This document shows positions 30,033 through 40,953 of a stretch of 64,000 bases of DNA, in pieces. The notes beneath the pieces are model-generated. The model made no database searches. It was not told the DNA's origin and worked only from the letters and a program-made list of their open reading frames with translations. The position numbers and the translations under genes were made by a program. The stretch covers positions 62,001 through 126,000 of the IMG/VR virus record IMGVR_UViG_3300042402_002564, one strand, 5' to 3'. Within the stretch, counting starts at the first letter, position 1. Each line of letters begins with the position of its first letter.

Positions 30033-30593
30033 ATGGCAGTATTAACCGCAACTGGTATTCTATTTAATGATAGTACGTCATTAAATTCAAGATATGATGT
30101 TATAGCACAATCATCAGTAGCAATTTTTTATCAAGCTTCGGCACCTACTGGGTGGACTAAAGTAACAACACATAATGATAAGGCACTTAGAGTTGTTAGT
30201 GGGACTGGTGGCGGATTTGGATATGGTGGAGTATCTGGTGCAGGAGGAATAACATTTACTTCTGCATTCCCTTCTAATTTAAAAAATCTCAGTATTCCAA
30301 TTAGTGTTAGTGCTGGAATTGCTGGAACAGTTGGTAATACAACTCTTTCTGTTTCGCAAATTCCAAATCATACTCACGATAGCTTAACTGGTGGCACTAG
30401 TTCTGCAGCATCTGGTGGTGCTTCATTTAGAACTCCAGGAACTAATGCTACTGGTGGAGTAGTAAGTCCTACAGGAACAGGAGGAGCACACAACCACCCC
30501 TTTACGGGAAGTGTTGGGATTACTTCAACTGCAACTGGATCTTTGGATTTAAGAGTCCAATATATAGATGTAATTATCTGCAGCTTCGATTAA
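30033..30593 (+). CDS. Short tail-fibre/collar-like protein
   Basis: FYQASAPTGW, TTLSVSQIPNHTH, GGAHNH and VQYIDVIIC. Confidence 0.7.
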   Translation: MAVLTATGILFNDSTSLNSRYDVIAQSSVAIFYQASAPTGWTKVTTHNDKALRVVSGTGGGFGYGGVSGAGGITFTSAFPSNLKNLSIPISVSAGIAGTVGNTTLSVSQIPNHTHDSLTGGTSSAASGGASFRTPGTNATGGVVSPTGTGGAHNHPFTGSVGITSTATGSLDLRVQYIDVIICSFD

Positions 30594-30594
30594 T

Positions 30595-31152
30595 ATGGCA
30601 TCTTTAACTAGTGGCGGGATAAGATTTAGTTTAACTGATTTCACCAATATAATTGAATCTTTTTATTGGATGTATCCTGCGGGGACTAAAAAGGTATTTT
30701 ATCAAGCAGAAGCACCAACTGGTTGGGTAAAAGATACAACTCAAAATAATAAAATGTTAAGAGTTGTTAGTGGAAGTGGTGGAGTTTCTGGTGGAACAAT
30801 TTCAGCATCTAATGCCTTTATATCTACAGGAACTGAAGTATCTTTCCCATTTGCTGGTTCTTATCCCGCAAGTGGTACTGTTGGTAATACTACTCTTTCA
30901 TTAGGACAACTTCCAAATCACACTCATGAAGGAACTATGGGTTCAAATGGAGGTTCTTCTGCAACTCCATTCAGTAATGCTGGTTCTAGAACTGTTTTTG
31001 GTAGTGTTGCGACTAGTGGTATGCTAGAATCTACTGGTGGAGGTTCTCATACACATCCTTGGTCTGGTACACTAAACTTAAATGCTAATATTACTAGCAC
31101 TACAGATCTTAGTGTGCAATATGTTGATGTGATTATTTGCACATTATCATAA
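30595..31152 (+). CDS. Short tail-fibre/collar-like protein, paralog
   Basis: FYQAEAPTGW, QLPNHTH, GGSHTH and VQYVDVIIC. Confidence 0.7.
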   Translation: MASLTSGGIRFSLTDFTNIIESFYWMYPAGTKKVFYQAEAPTGWVKDTTQNNKMLRVVSGSGGVSGGTISASNAFISTGTEVSFPFAGSYPASGTVGNTTLSLGQLPNHTHEGTMGSNGGSSATPFSNAGSRTVFGSVATSGMLESTGGGSHTHPWSGTLNLNANITSTTDLSVQYVDVIICTLS

Positions 31153-31190
31153 ATATGTTATACTAATTATTAAAATCCCGTGTATTAATT

Positions 31191-31532
31191 ATGAAAATTG
31201 AGAATGGAAAATATTGTCCTCTTCTTAAAAAAGATTGTATTGGATTGAAATGTTCTTGGTATACTCAAGTTAGAGGCGTAAATCCTAATACAGGGCAAGA
31301 AGTTGATGAATGGTCGTGTGCTATTACTTGGCTTCCTATGATGTTAATTGAAAATTCTCAGCAACAAAGGTCTACAGGTGCTGCTGTTGAATCATTTAGA
31401 AATGAAATGGTTAAAGCAAATCAAACCAACATTAATGTTTTATCTGCTGCAGCACAAATGCTTCAAGCAACTATGGATGAAAACACAAATAAAATTCTAC
31501 CAACAGATGTAAAAGAGGTAACAGATCAATGA
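31191..31532 (+). CDS. Cys-rich hypothetical protein
   Basis: CPLLKKDCIGLKCSW...CAITWLP followed by a coiled coil. Confidence 0.6.
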   Translation: MKIENGKYCPLLKKDCIGLKCSWYTQVRGVNPNTGQEVDEWSCAITWLPMMLIENSQQQRSTGAAVESFRNEMVKANQTNINVLSAAAQMLQATMDENTNKILPTDVKEVTDQ

Positions 31533-32305
31533 GAGTAACTGTTATTTACCCTGACAAATTTATCAGTGTTGATGGCAAAGGAATGTATTTTGCTGAAAAC
31601 TGGCCTTTTGAGGAAACTGATATTCACGCAATTCAGTGGAATGGAGATAAGGGGGAATTAGAATATACTACACCAATTCCAAATAAAGAAATTACAAATA
31701 AATCAGAAATTAAAAAATATGTAGATTTGTTCACTGAAGGATATCAGAAGTGGATGAAGGAACAAGAGATTCTTGCAGAAATTGAAAAAGAAAAATTGAT
31801 GACATGGGAAGATGCCATGAAGGAACTTGAACTTCAATTAGATGTGATGCAAAAGAATCATGAATTTGAATTGGAACAAATGCTAAAGGAACAAGATAAG
31901 CATTTGGAAGGAGTTAAAGAAGAATTCGAACTACAAGTAGAACAAATCTATAATAAAGTTCAAGAGAATCAACTTAATCTTTATTATGCAGAAAATGCAA
32001 TTGAGGATGAATCTAAAGAAAAAAGTTATGACAGCATGACTATTTTTGATAGTAATATTGATCCATCTCTATTTGATGATAGCTTCGACCCAACAGAGGA
32101 TGATAGTGAAGAAGATGGTGAAGAAACTGAAATTGAAGAGTCTTCAGATATTCAAGACTTTAAAAACTTTGATTTAAGTCTTCTGGAAGATGAATTTAAC
32201 TTAGAAATGCTTTTTGAAGACGAAGACACCCCAATTGTAAATGAAATTGAAGAACTTATTGAACAAGAACAACAAGTAGACGCTGCAGAAATTCCAGACA
32301 ATTAA
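31529..32305 (+). CDS. Tail-fibre-assembly-like protein with acidic C-terminus
   Basis: IHAIQWNG.GELEY N-terminal domain and an Asp/Glu-rich tail. Confidence 0.45.
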   Translation: MRVTVIYPDKFISVDGKGMYFAENWPFEETDIHAIQWNGDKGELEYTTPIPNKEITNKSEIKKYVDLFTEGYQKWMKEQEILAEIEKEKLMTWEDAMKELELQLDVMQKNHEFELEQMLKEQDKHLEGVKEEFELQVEQIYNKVQENQLNLYYAENAIEDESKEKSYDSMTIFDSNIDPSLFDDSFDPTEDDSEEDGEETEIEESSDIQDFKNFDLSLLEDEFNLEMLFEDEDTPIVNEIEELIEQEQQVDAAEIPDN

Positions 32306-32320
32306 TAAACTACTTTTATT

Positions 32321-33487
32321 ATGAATCAATCTTTAGTTGAAAACGGATATATTATAATACCAAATTTTATATGTTCGGAACGTGCAAAAAATTTATCCAA
32401 AGAATTTGCACAAGTATGTAAAGAAAATAATATAGATGGAGATGAGCAAGTTCCGACTTCAAAATCTCAATATGACTATATTTCTTTTTTAGAATTACTT
32501 TGTGAAAAAACTCCTGAAGTATCATCTATTATTGGCGAAACTGTTTTACCAACTTATAGTTATGCTAGAGTATATGAAAAAGGAAGCACTTTACCATCGC
32601 ATACTGACAGAAAAGAATGTGAAATATCAATAACTATCAATTTAGATTCTGATGTATCTTGGCCTATTTGGGTCATGACACCAGATAAAAAGCAAAAAAG
32701 AATCATTTTAAATCCAGGGGATGGTCTTCTTTACTTGGGCATAGATATACCTCATTGGAGAGAAGAATTAAAAGGAAATTATTGCACTCAAGTATTTTTA
32801 CATTATGTAAGAAGTAGAGGACCTAATGTTGCCTTGTATTTTGATAAAGAGAATAGAAAATTTTGCAACTTCAATGAGATTAAAAAAAGTCCAGAAGTGA
32901 TGATAAAAACTGAAAATTATAAGAGTAAAAATCCATTGGATGAATACATTAAAATATATTACTCTGCAATTCCAGATTATGTTTGTGATTTGATTTTAGA
33001 AGAGTATAAAAATTGTGAAGATTGGAATCCAAGTAGAACAGGAAACGGAGAAGTAAATAAATTCGTTCGCAATTGTGATACTATTGGATTGTCGATGGCA
33101 AATGTTATCAACAAAAATTTAGAAACCAGAAAGAAAATCGATACCTTATTATTTGAACATTCTGGTAATACCCTTAAAAAATATGTTGAAGAATTTCCAC
33201 ACTGCCAATTAATTTCTGATAGTGGATATGATCTCTTGAGATATGATATGGGAGGATATTATTCTATTCATACAGATTCTCATAAAACTACACCTAGAAC
33301 AGTGTCCTGTTCTTTTAATTTGAATGATGATTATGAAGGTGGAGAATTTGCATTCTTTGATAGAGAATTAATCATTAAAGCACCAAAAGGGTCTGCAATT
33401 GTATTTCCATCGAATTTTATGTATCCTCATGAAATTATGGAAGTTAAATCTGGATCCAGATATTCTATTGTGACTTGGTTCGTTTAA
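32321..33487 (+). CDS. Tandem two-domain 2OG-Fe(II) oxygenase (prolyl-hydroxylase-like)
   Basis: Domain 1: HTDR...HWRE...QVFLHY. Domain 2: HTD...EGGEF...FPSNFMYPHE...RYSIVTW. Confidence 0.85.
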   Translation: MNQSLVENGYIIIPNFICSERAKNLSKEFAQVCKENNIDGDEQVPTSKSQYDYISFLELLCEKTPEVSSIIGETVLPTYSYARVYEKGSTLPSHTDRKECEISITINLDSDVSWPIWVMTPDKKQKRIILNPGDGLLYLGIDIPHWREELKGNYCTQVFLHYVRSRGPNVALYFDKENRKFCNFNEIKKSPEVMIKTENYKSKNPLDEYIKIYYSAIPDYVCDLILEEYKNCEDWNPSRTGNGEVNKFVRNCDTIGLSMANVINKNLETRKKIDTLLFEHSGNTLKKYVEEFPHCQLISDSGYDLLRYDMGGYYSIHTDSHKTTPRTVSCSFNLNDDYEGGEFAFFDRELIIKAPKGSAIVFPSNFMYPHEIMEVKSGSRYSIVTWFV

Positions 33488-33545
33488 CCGAACATTGACA
33501 GAATAAAAATATTAATCTATTATTAAATTAACTTTATATTAACCA

Positions 33546-34012
33546 ATGGCACTATCAAAATCTGTTGAAGAATCTTTAAGAGAAGCAGAGTCTTCCCTTA
33601 GAAATGCCCTTGCTTTTGCAGCAAGACAAGAAAAACCCTTTGTTGGTAAGCATATTGCCTGTATGATTGCTGACCTTGATGCCCTTATTAAAACTGATGA
33701 ATTAATGGATAAACTTGAGAGTAGACTAAAAGGAGATAAGGGGACGTGGGGACCTTTTGGTGAATAATAAGATTTGTAACATCAATAATTAAGAGACTAT
33801 TAAAAATTCCATAGATAATCATGGAATGTGTTAAAATCAACACAGTTGCACAAAAACAAATGGAATTAACACAAGAAGAGTGGAACGAATTGGTTGCTCT
33901 TAAAGACGCAATTAATTACGATCCATCTCAAGTCCATTATGAAAAAATGGAAAGGTTTACTGAATTATTTGTTAAAACTTTGGAAGGTAAAGGTGACAAT
34001 TGCCCAATGTGA
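33546..34012 (+). CDS. Two small hypothetical proteins
   Basis: ORFs downstream of a TTGACA-17-TATTAT promoter (33495-33523). Confidence 0.55.
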
Positions 34013-34042
34013 TACATAATTAATAAAGGTATCATAAAATAA

Positions 34043-34456
34043 ATGGATACAAATCTTTTCACTCAAACTAGTGATGAAAAATCTATTTTGTTAAAAACAG
34101 GGTTCTTATGTTTAAAATTGACTAAAAATTATTTTAATGAAGTTTCTTCTATTGCTAAGAAATTAATTAGAGATAATATTGATGTAAGAAGTAACAAGTT
34201 CAAATTAAAAGAACTTGATAATTACCTTGATTTGGGTTCTTTTTTTATTGAGGAAACAAAAAAATATTATAAAGTTTATCAATTTACAGATGAATCTGAT
34301 TCAAAAATTCACTGTTTTGTTGATAAAGAGAGTGGTTTAGTTTATAAACCACTCAATAGAAATTCTCCTAATAAAAGAAGAGTGTATGAAATTGATAAGT
34401 GTATATTACATGCTGATTGGAGAGGGTATTATTTGAATGATGTGACACCTCAGTAA
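34043..34456 (+). CDS. Hypothetical protein, paralog of 37503..37958
   Basis: Shared KYxKV...HCFxDK.xG.VYK...ADWxGxY motif. Confidence 0.6.
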   Translation: MDTNLFTQTSDEKSILLKTGFLCLKLTKNYFNEVSSIAKKLIRDNIDVRSNKFKLKELDNYLDLGSFFIEETKKYYKVYQFTDESDSKIHCFVDKESGLVYKPLNRNSPNKRRVYEIDKCILHADWRGYYLNDVTPQ

Positions 34457-34501
34457 CTGTCCACTGCCCCTTGACGGGGCATTTTTTATGGCGTATATTA
34501 C

Positions 34502-35555
34502 ATGAGTAAACCAAGCACACCAATGATTTCTCTTCCAAACTTTGCTGAATTTGCTGAGAGCGTCAATACTGATGAAGAATTGACCGAGAAAAATTATTGT
34601 GACCAACAATCGGTCACAATGGAGTTTACTTATGAAGAGCATGACCTTCTAAATTCCATTCTTTGCCATGCATCCGATGCTATGGATCTTGCTATTCCTT
34701 TTGTTTATGAATTGGAAGAGGATTCGGAAATTCGCCAGCGTTATCATCTGCTAGAACAAATGAAAAATCGTTCTTACGACCTCTGGAAAAACCGTTTCGG
34801 TAATAAGTGATGACTACTTGGAAAGCTGATGTATTTGTCAACTCTCAAGTTGGCAAAATTTCGACAGAAGTTGAAGCGGCAACTTTCTCTGGTGCTAAAG
34901 AACAAATCTATGCAAAGCATGGTGATGTTCAACAAATTTATAATCTGAGGCAAGTATCTTCAGATTCTTCTTCTGGATTTACTTCATCTTCTGGAGGTAG
35001 TACGTCTGGTAGTATTGCCCTTGTAGGTCTTGTTGCTGCTGGTTGGGCATTTATTACGTTTACTCCTTGGATTCTCATGTTTGGTGGTGGAATAGCATCA
35101 ACTTGGATTATTCAAAAACTTCTGAGAACTGATTTGGAATCTGCTTCGGATTCTGGTAATAATGGTGCTGTTGCATTAATTTTAGGCACAGCTATTTTGT
35201 TTGGTGGTGTTGGATTTGTGCAGGGAGAATCTATTCGCAAATCTTTTGAAACCCCAGAAGTTCCATCAACTCAAGTTCAAAAACAACAATGAAGTTTACT
35301 GATCTTAACTTTGAGGAACATTATTTTGGAGGTGTACATGCTGTTCATTTTTTTGAAAATGGATATGGTGTGAGTGTGGTTTGTTTTCCTGGATCATATG
35401 GTTATGAGCAGGGATTGTATGAAGTAGCAATTCTTAAAGGCAATCCAGATAAATTTGAGTTGTGCTATGATACTCCCATCACTGATGATGTTTTTGGTCA
35501 TCGTGATGAGAATGATGTAGAAAACATTATGAAAGAGGTTGCTGATTTATCATGA
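34502..35555 (+). CDS. Three early hypothetical proteins, one with transmembrane helices
   Basis: ORFs 34502..34810, 34807..35292 and 35289..35555 behind an early promoter. Confidence 0.55.
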
Positions 35556-35738
35556 TTGCTCGTATTCTTGGTGTTGGGGCAGGAGTATTTCTAATCCTGT
35601 TCGTTCTTCTCTCAAGGGGACTTCCTGTGCTATTCTTCATCAAGATGTTCCCCCTCATTCTTCTTGTTCTTGTAGCAGCAGCACTAATCTATGCTGGTGT
35701 TACTTCTGACTGATTGTTCTTTATCAATTAACTAAATT

Positions 35739-36557
35739 ATGTCTACTACAAAAATTGCTCTGGGTGCTGGTGCTGCTGTTCTTGCTCTAGTGCTTACTGC
35801 TGGTCAATTCACCACCATCAACACTGGAGAAAATGGTCTCTACGTTGGATTTGATGGTCAGGTGAAGAATGAAGTGCTGACGCCTGGTATTAAATACGAT
35901 GGTTTCGGTTCTATCAAAGTCTTCAACACTCGTAAGATTACGGTACAATCTAACGATTTGACTCCGAAGACTAAAGACAACACCATCATGAAAGATATGG
36001 ATGTTGTGGTTACTTACAGCATTGCTCCCACTTCACTCTATAGCTTCTATACTGGTTACGATATGAGTAACCATGGTGTCAGTGAGAATGGACAGATTGA
36101 ACTGATGTCCACGTTTATCAAGCGTCTGATTACGTCTGCCGTGAACCAATCGGTTGACGAATATGCTGCCCTGGATGTGAACAGCAGTCTGGATAAGATT
36201 CAAGATACCATCAAACAGAATCTGAACCTTGCCCTGGAGAAGAACAACCTTGCTGGTAAGATTGATATTGAATCCGTTGTGGTTGTAAAAGCAGACTTGC
36301 CTGAGGATCTGGTTGCTGCTGTGAATCGTGTGGTGACTGCTCAATCTGCTGAAAAGGAGCAAATTGTGAAGAACCGTACTGCTGAACTGAAAGCAAACGA
36401 GAACAAGTCTCTTGCTTCTACTATCACTCCTCAGTACCTTGAGTACCAACGTAATGAAATCATGAAGGAAGCATTCAAGAATGGTGGCATTGAAAAGATG
36501 ATCATTGTGAATGGTTCTTCGATGAACTTCCTGCCTGGTGGTCTGACTGGTAAGTGA
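35739..36557 (+). CDS. SPFH/band 7 (prohibitin-like) membrane protein
   Basis: N-terminal TM, INTGENG...FDG.V...L.PG, TKDN...DVVVTY and a C-terminal coiled coil. Confidence 0.85.
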   Translation: MSTTKIALGAGAAVLALVLTAGQFTTINTGENGLYVGFDGQVKNEVLTPGIKYDGFGSIKVFNTRKITVQSNDLTPKTKDNTIMKDMDVVVTYSIAPTSLYSFYTGYDMSNHGVSENGQIELMSTFIKRLITSAVNQSVDEYAALDVNSSLDKIQDTIKQNLNLALEKNNLAGKIDIESVVVVKADLPEDLVAAVNRVVTAQSAEKEQIVKNRTAELKANENKSLASTITPQYLEYQRNEIMKEAFKNGGIEKMIIVNGSSMNFLPGGLTGK

Positions 36558-36764
36558 TTATGATTGAACTCCTCGCTAGTGCTATTATTGCTTCAAGCAA
36601 TCAATCTGAGCAAATCAACCGATTCTGTGCTTATGTTGTTGGTATTCCATATGCTAGTGATAACTTCACCGACGAGGAGTGGGGGAGGTTTGAATACTGT
36701 AGGGAACACTTAAAAATTACTGATTAACTTTATTGGGGAGAATGAACTTCTCCCCCTTTATCTT

Positions 36765-37433
36765 ATGTACGAATTTAATGATTTTACTTTTAAATGTTGT
36801 GTTTGGTATTATGCCAAAAGATTGGGAGTAATTGATGCTTTAACCTGGGAAATAATCATTGCCAAATCAACAAATAGTCAATGGATTCCTGGGGATCATT
36901 TTATGGCAGATGTTGTAAATTCAGAATATCTCTGCAACGTCAAGTCATTAAAAAAGAAATTTGCTAAAGGCGATAAACAATCTTTAACTTACGTTCAATG
37001 TAGGGCACCAATTACCAAAGACAGGACATTATTGGACGATGAGTTGGGAAATGAAATTATTTCAACTTTAATTAAAAAAAAGCAAGAAAGTTTTGAACAA
37101 TTTTCTTGTAATGTAATGAAGGATTATATGATTCAACATTGCAGAGATGGTGAAAAATATTTTGCTAGAGTATTCTTGTGTGACCATCCAAATTTTAATG
37201 AGTATGATTTGCAATGGAAAGATGGTGAAGGTAAATTAGAAGGTTCAAAAACTTGGTTTTTAAAACGTGCATATGGAGATTCTAAGCACGGTCAAAACTG
37301 CGTTCACATTAAAAAGGTTTTTGAAAAATCTATGTTAATTGCGGATATTGTTGTTGAATGTCCAGATGAACACAATGTTTCCAATGAATTAATTGTTGAA
37401 GAATATATGAAATATCACCAGGGGGACGGATGA
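36765..37433 (+). CDS. Hypothetical protein, possible restriction-endonuclease-like fold
   Basis: WE...ADV...NVKSLK resembles a PD-(D/E)xK variant. Confidence 0.35.
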   Translation: MYEFNDFTFKCCVWYYAKRLGVIDALTWEIIIAKSTNSQWIPGDHFMADVVNSEYLCNVKSLKKKFAKGDKQSLTYVQCRAPITKDRTLLDDELGNEIISTLIKKKQESFEQFSCNVMKDYMIQHCRDGEKYFARVFLCDHPNFNEYDLQWKDGEGKLEGSKTWFLKRAYGDSKHGQNCVHIKKVFEKSMLIADIVVECPDEHNVSNELIVEEYMKYHQGDG

Positions 37434-37502
37434 ACCACTGTCCACTGGAACGAACCAACCTGAGAACTTTGCCCTATAATAACTTCAGTTCAAACAAAGG
37501 AC

Positions 37503-37958
37503 ATGACCACCACCTTCGCTGAATACTCTGCTTCTGCTGAGGCAAGGAAGGACATTGCAACTGCTGTTCTGGGTCATACGTATGCTCTCTGTGAGGCACT
37601 GCGTCAGAACTACATTGACTATTCCATTCGTAGTCATGAACGTTCTTTACAGCGTCTTGAGGGTAATACTGACACTGGTATTAAATATCACAAAGAACAG
37701 ATTGCTAAACTCAAGCAAGGAACTTGTGATTACGATTTCTACCCCGAGTCTGGTAGAAAGTATCATAAGGTAATCATGAATGCCAATGGTAATAAGTCCG
37801 TTCATTGCTTCATCGACAAGAAAACTGGTGAAGTCTACAAGTCTGCATCATGGAAGGCACCTGCCAAGGGTGTGCGATATGATCTGCGTATCATCAATCA
37901 GCGTGAGTGGTTGCTTCAAAATGCTGATTGGGCAGGTAGTTATCTTTATATGCGTTGA
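37503..37958 (+). CDS. Conserved early phage protein
   Basis: GRKYHKV...VHCFIDKKTGEVYKSASWKAPAKGVRY. Confidence 0.7.
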   Translation: MTTTFAEYSASAEARKDIATAVLGHTYALCEALRQNYIDYSIRSHERSLQRLEGNTDTGIKYHKEQIAKLKQGTCDYDFYPESGRKYHKVIMNANGNKSVHCFIDKKTGEVYKSASWKAPAKGVRYDLRIINQREWLLQNADWAGSYLYMR

Positions 37959-38022
37959 ATATGACAAAAACTGACAAACTTATCTTCATCTCTTCGTTTA
38001 TTTGGTTTCTTCACTGGGGCAC

Positions 38023-38475
38023 ATGTATTACCTCGAAACTTCTGGTTATGGCTATCGAAAGCGAGTCTGTGAGAGCGTTACCGATTGGTTTATGAATCGG
38101 TATATGCCAAGACATCACATTGGTCTTCGCATTGTCCACAAAGGACTTAAACGAGAATTTGTCTATGGTTATTGTGACGTTGATGGTGAAATTAAACGTC
38201 CTCGTGACTTTTTGATTGAACTACAATCGCATATGGACCTTGAGACCTATACAAAAACTTTAATTCATGAGTTAGTTCATGTTCGTCAATGGGTTTTTGG
38301 TGATCTCCGTGATAAAAGGGGAAAGATGTATTATGGTTCCGTAAAAGTGGAAGAACTAGATTATGAAGATCAACCACATGAGATTGAAGCGAGAGAGCAG
38401 GAAGAAACTTTGTATATTACCTATTTGATAGAGACTGGGCAGATGAAATTTAAATCATCCAAATCTAGACTTTGA
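38023..38475 (+). CDS. Zincin-like metallopeptidase
   Basis: HELVH (HExxH) and Y..QPHEIEA. Confidence 0.75.
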   Translation: MYYLETSGYGYRKRVCESVTDWFMNRYMPRHHIGLRIVHKGLKREFVYGYCDVDGEIKRPRDFLIELQSHMDLETYTKTLIHELVHVRQWVFGDLRDKRGKMYYGSVKVEELDYEDQPHEIEAREQEETLYITYLIETGQMKFKSSKSRL

Positions 38476-38480
38476 ACTAT

Positions 38481-38506
38481 AAGGGTGGAATATTCCACCC
38501 TTTTTT
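38481..38506 (+). terminator. Rho-independent terminator
   Basis: AAGGGTGGAA-TA-TTCCACCCTT followed by a T-tract. Confidence 0.8.
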
Positions 38507-38543
38507 GTTAAATAATTAATGAATATTAGTAGTAGATGTATAA

Positions 38544-39488
38544 ATGGAGAAGATAATTTATTGTATTATCAATAAAAATATGAACTCCGAAGATACTGCT
38601 TTTGGGAATAGGATGTATATATGGACTCAACTTTATTATGTGTCTTATAGAACTAATTTTGAGTATAAAATTGCGGTTCAAAAAGAGAAATGGCCAGAAT
38701 TAAAATTTTTAAATTTACCAAATACCATTGCATTAAAAGAAGAATATTTTTGTAAAAATGAAAAAGTATATAAAATTAGTGAAAGTCACCTTAAACTAAT
38801 AATTCATAAAAATAATATTGAGTATTTAAAAACTAATAATTATTGGTATCTAGATGAATGGTTGATCTATGAAGGTCAATATGATAAACTCAATCTTCCA
38901 AATCCATATTCTTTGATAAAATTTAAAAATCCATCTATAAATGATATTTTGAGTGAATATTTCAAATCTTTTGTTTCTATTCACATTAGAAGATATCACG
39001 GAACATATTATACTGAAGATGATTTGAGTGAAATGCCTTTAAATTTAAGGGAACAATATTTAAAAGAATCTTATTTTCCAACAACATTAACACATTACAC
39101 TTATATAAAAGATGCTGTTTATTTTAAAATAATAGAAAAATTAATAAATTCCAATGAAAATGTAAAAATTTACATTAGCACCGATTTACCTTTAAAATTT
39201 TATAAACACTATAAAACAAGATACTTTAAAAAAAATATAAAAGATAAGTATGATTACTACGAAAAATTTAAGAACATTTTAAAGCAATGTTTTACTGATG
39301 ATTATATTGATAATAATAAGAAAATAGTTGAAGATTTATTAGACTTTTTTGTTATTGCTTATTCTAAATTTATCATTATGCCAAATTACTCTACTTGGAG
39401 CAGAATTGCTAAAAAAGTCAAAAATACTAAATGTCTCAACTTACCTATTTCCGAGGTTGCACTAGAACTTTTACAATTTAGGATATGA
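38544..39488 (+). CDS. Fucosyltransferase-like glycosyltransferase (GT11/GT23-like)
   Basis: FGNRM, SIHIRR, IYISTD, D...A.SK and STWS. Confidence 0.65.
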   Translation: MEKIIYCIINKNMNSEDTAFGNRMYIWTQLYYVSYRTNFEYKIAVQKEKWPELKFLNLPNTIALKEEYFCKNEKVYKISESHLKLIIHKNNIEYLKTNNYWYLDEWLIYEGQYDKLNLPNPYSLIKFKNPSINDILSEYFKSFVSIHIRRYHGTYYTEDDLSEMPLNLREQYLKESYFPTTLTHYTYIKDAVYFKIIEKLINSNENVKIYISTDLPLKFYKHYKTRYFKKNIKDKYDYYEKFKNILKQCFTDDYIDNNKKIVEDLLDFFVIAYSKFIIMPNYSTWSRIAKKVKNTKCLNLPISEVALELLQFRI

Positions 39489-39624
39489 CACTTAAAAAAG
39501 TGACCATTGAACCTTTAAATAGGTGTTAAAGATAGTATACTATGAGAGGTTCGATAGAAATGAACCCATTTATTGACAAACCCCAACATTTAACCTAGAC
39601 TAAAAAAGTTCTTTAAATCAAAAA

Positions 39625-40910
39625 ATGAAGTATCTCTACATCGTTGACTATTGGATTCCATTTCCTTCCTCTGAATATGGTGGTCTCTTTAACGTAATTG
39701 CTGAAAGCGATACTGAGTGCCATGATATTCTTTTAGATTGGAGAGAAGAATATGATAGTGAATATGATAGTCGTATTATGGAACGAGTTGTTTCTGCACC
39801 TAAGTTCTTACTCGCAGAAAATCAAGAGTCCCGAATTGTAGAAAGTTTTACCACTTGATATGACACACCATAACGTCTCTCACGCAAACAACATTCTTAA
39901 AGAGTTGAAAGAACAACATCAAAAAAGAATTGAATATCTAGAAAGTAAAATTGAAGACATGCAAACTGAGATTGAAATTCTCAACACCTATCAAAATAGA
40001 ATTTACGACTGTTAATCATTATGAATCTTGAATTAAATGAAATCCGAGAAGATTGTATTACAAATGTAGAAAACTATTTTTGTAGTAGGATTATTGATCA
40101 TATGGATTGTGGCAATCTCTTTGATGCCCAAGCAATTCACGAAGAATTTGTGATTGATGAAGAAGATATTCCCAAAAATTGGTTGTTTTTGAACGACCTT
40201 ACTGGTGATGATTATTGAAGAAGGAAAATTGGTCAAATACAAAGATTATGTTGGAAAAATCAAATTTATTACAACAGAATATTTGACTATATGTAATCCT
40301 GGTTCTCGTTGGGACATTTGTGTTGTTGTTTATTCTACAGATTTTCATTTAATTCATGAAGTACCAAGTAACGTATAAAAATCCTAAAAATAAAGAGGGA
40401 TTTTACTCAAACCAAAAAGCAGTATTTTTAGATGTGTCTGATGCAATTATGTGGCAAGAACATGTTAAAAAACAAGGGGCAATTGATATTGAAATGGTAG
40501 TTGACTTCTCATGAAACTCATTCAAACTTGTGGTTCTTATAATCCAGATGATGGGTACTCTATTTGTATTGCCCTTAGTGAAAGACATGTCATTACATTA
40601 GATGGACTGAATGAAGAAGATATGTTAGAATTAAAGTCTTGCATTGATTGCATGATTTTTGATCTATATGAAGAAGAAGAACTTTATGAAGGAGAATTCT
40701 AAGTCCTTTTGGAGATGGTGGGCAAAGGCATTAGGGGAGAAAGCTTCTAAATGCGATCGAGAGTCGGATACTGTTGCACGTATCCGAACTTTTATTTTTT
40801 TAACTTACTTGATTACTAACTTTTTTATTGTGGCTGGAGTTATCAGACATTGGAATGATTCACCTATAGAAATTAAAATTGAAGTTCTTGATGACCCCAA
40901 AATGATCTAA
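39625..40910 (+). CDS. Run of small hypothetical proteins
   Basis: Contiguous 45-85-aa ORFs behind promoters at about 39487-39601. Confidence 0.5.
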
Positions 40911-40953
40911 CAATAGTCATTATTAAATAAATAAATTATCGTTTTATATTAAT

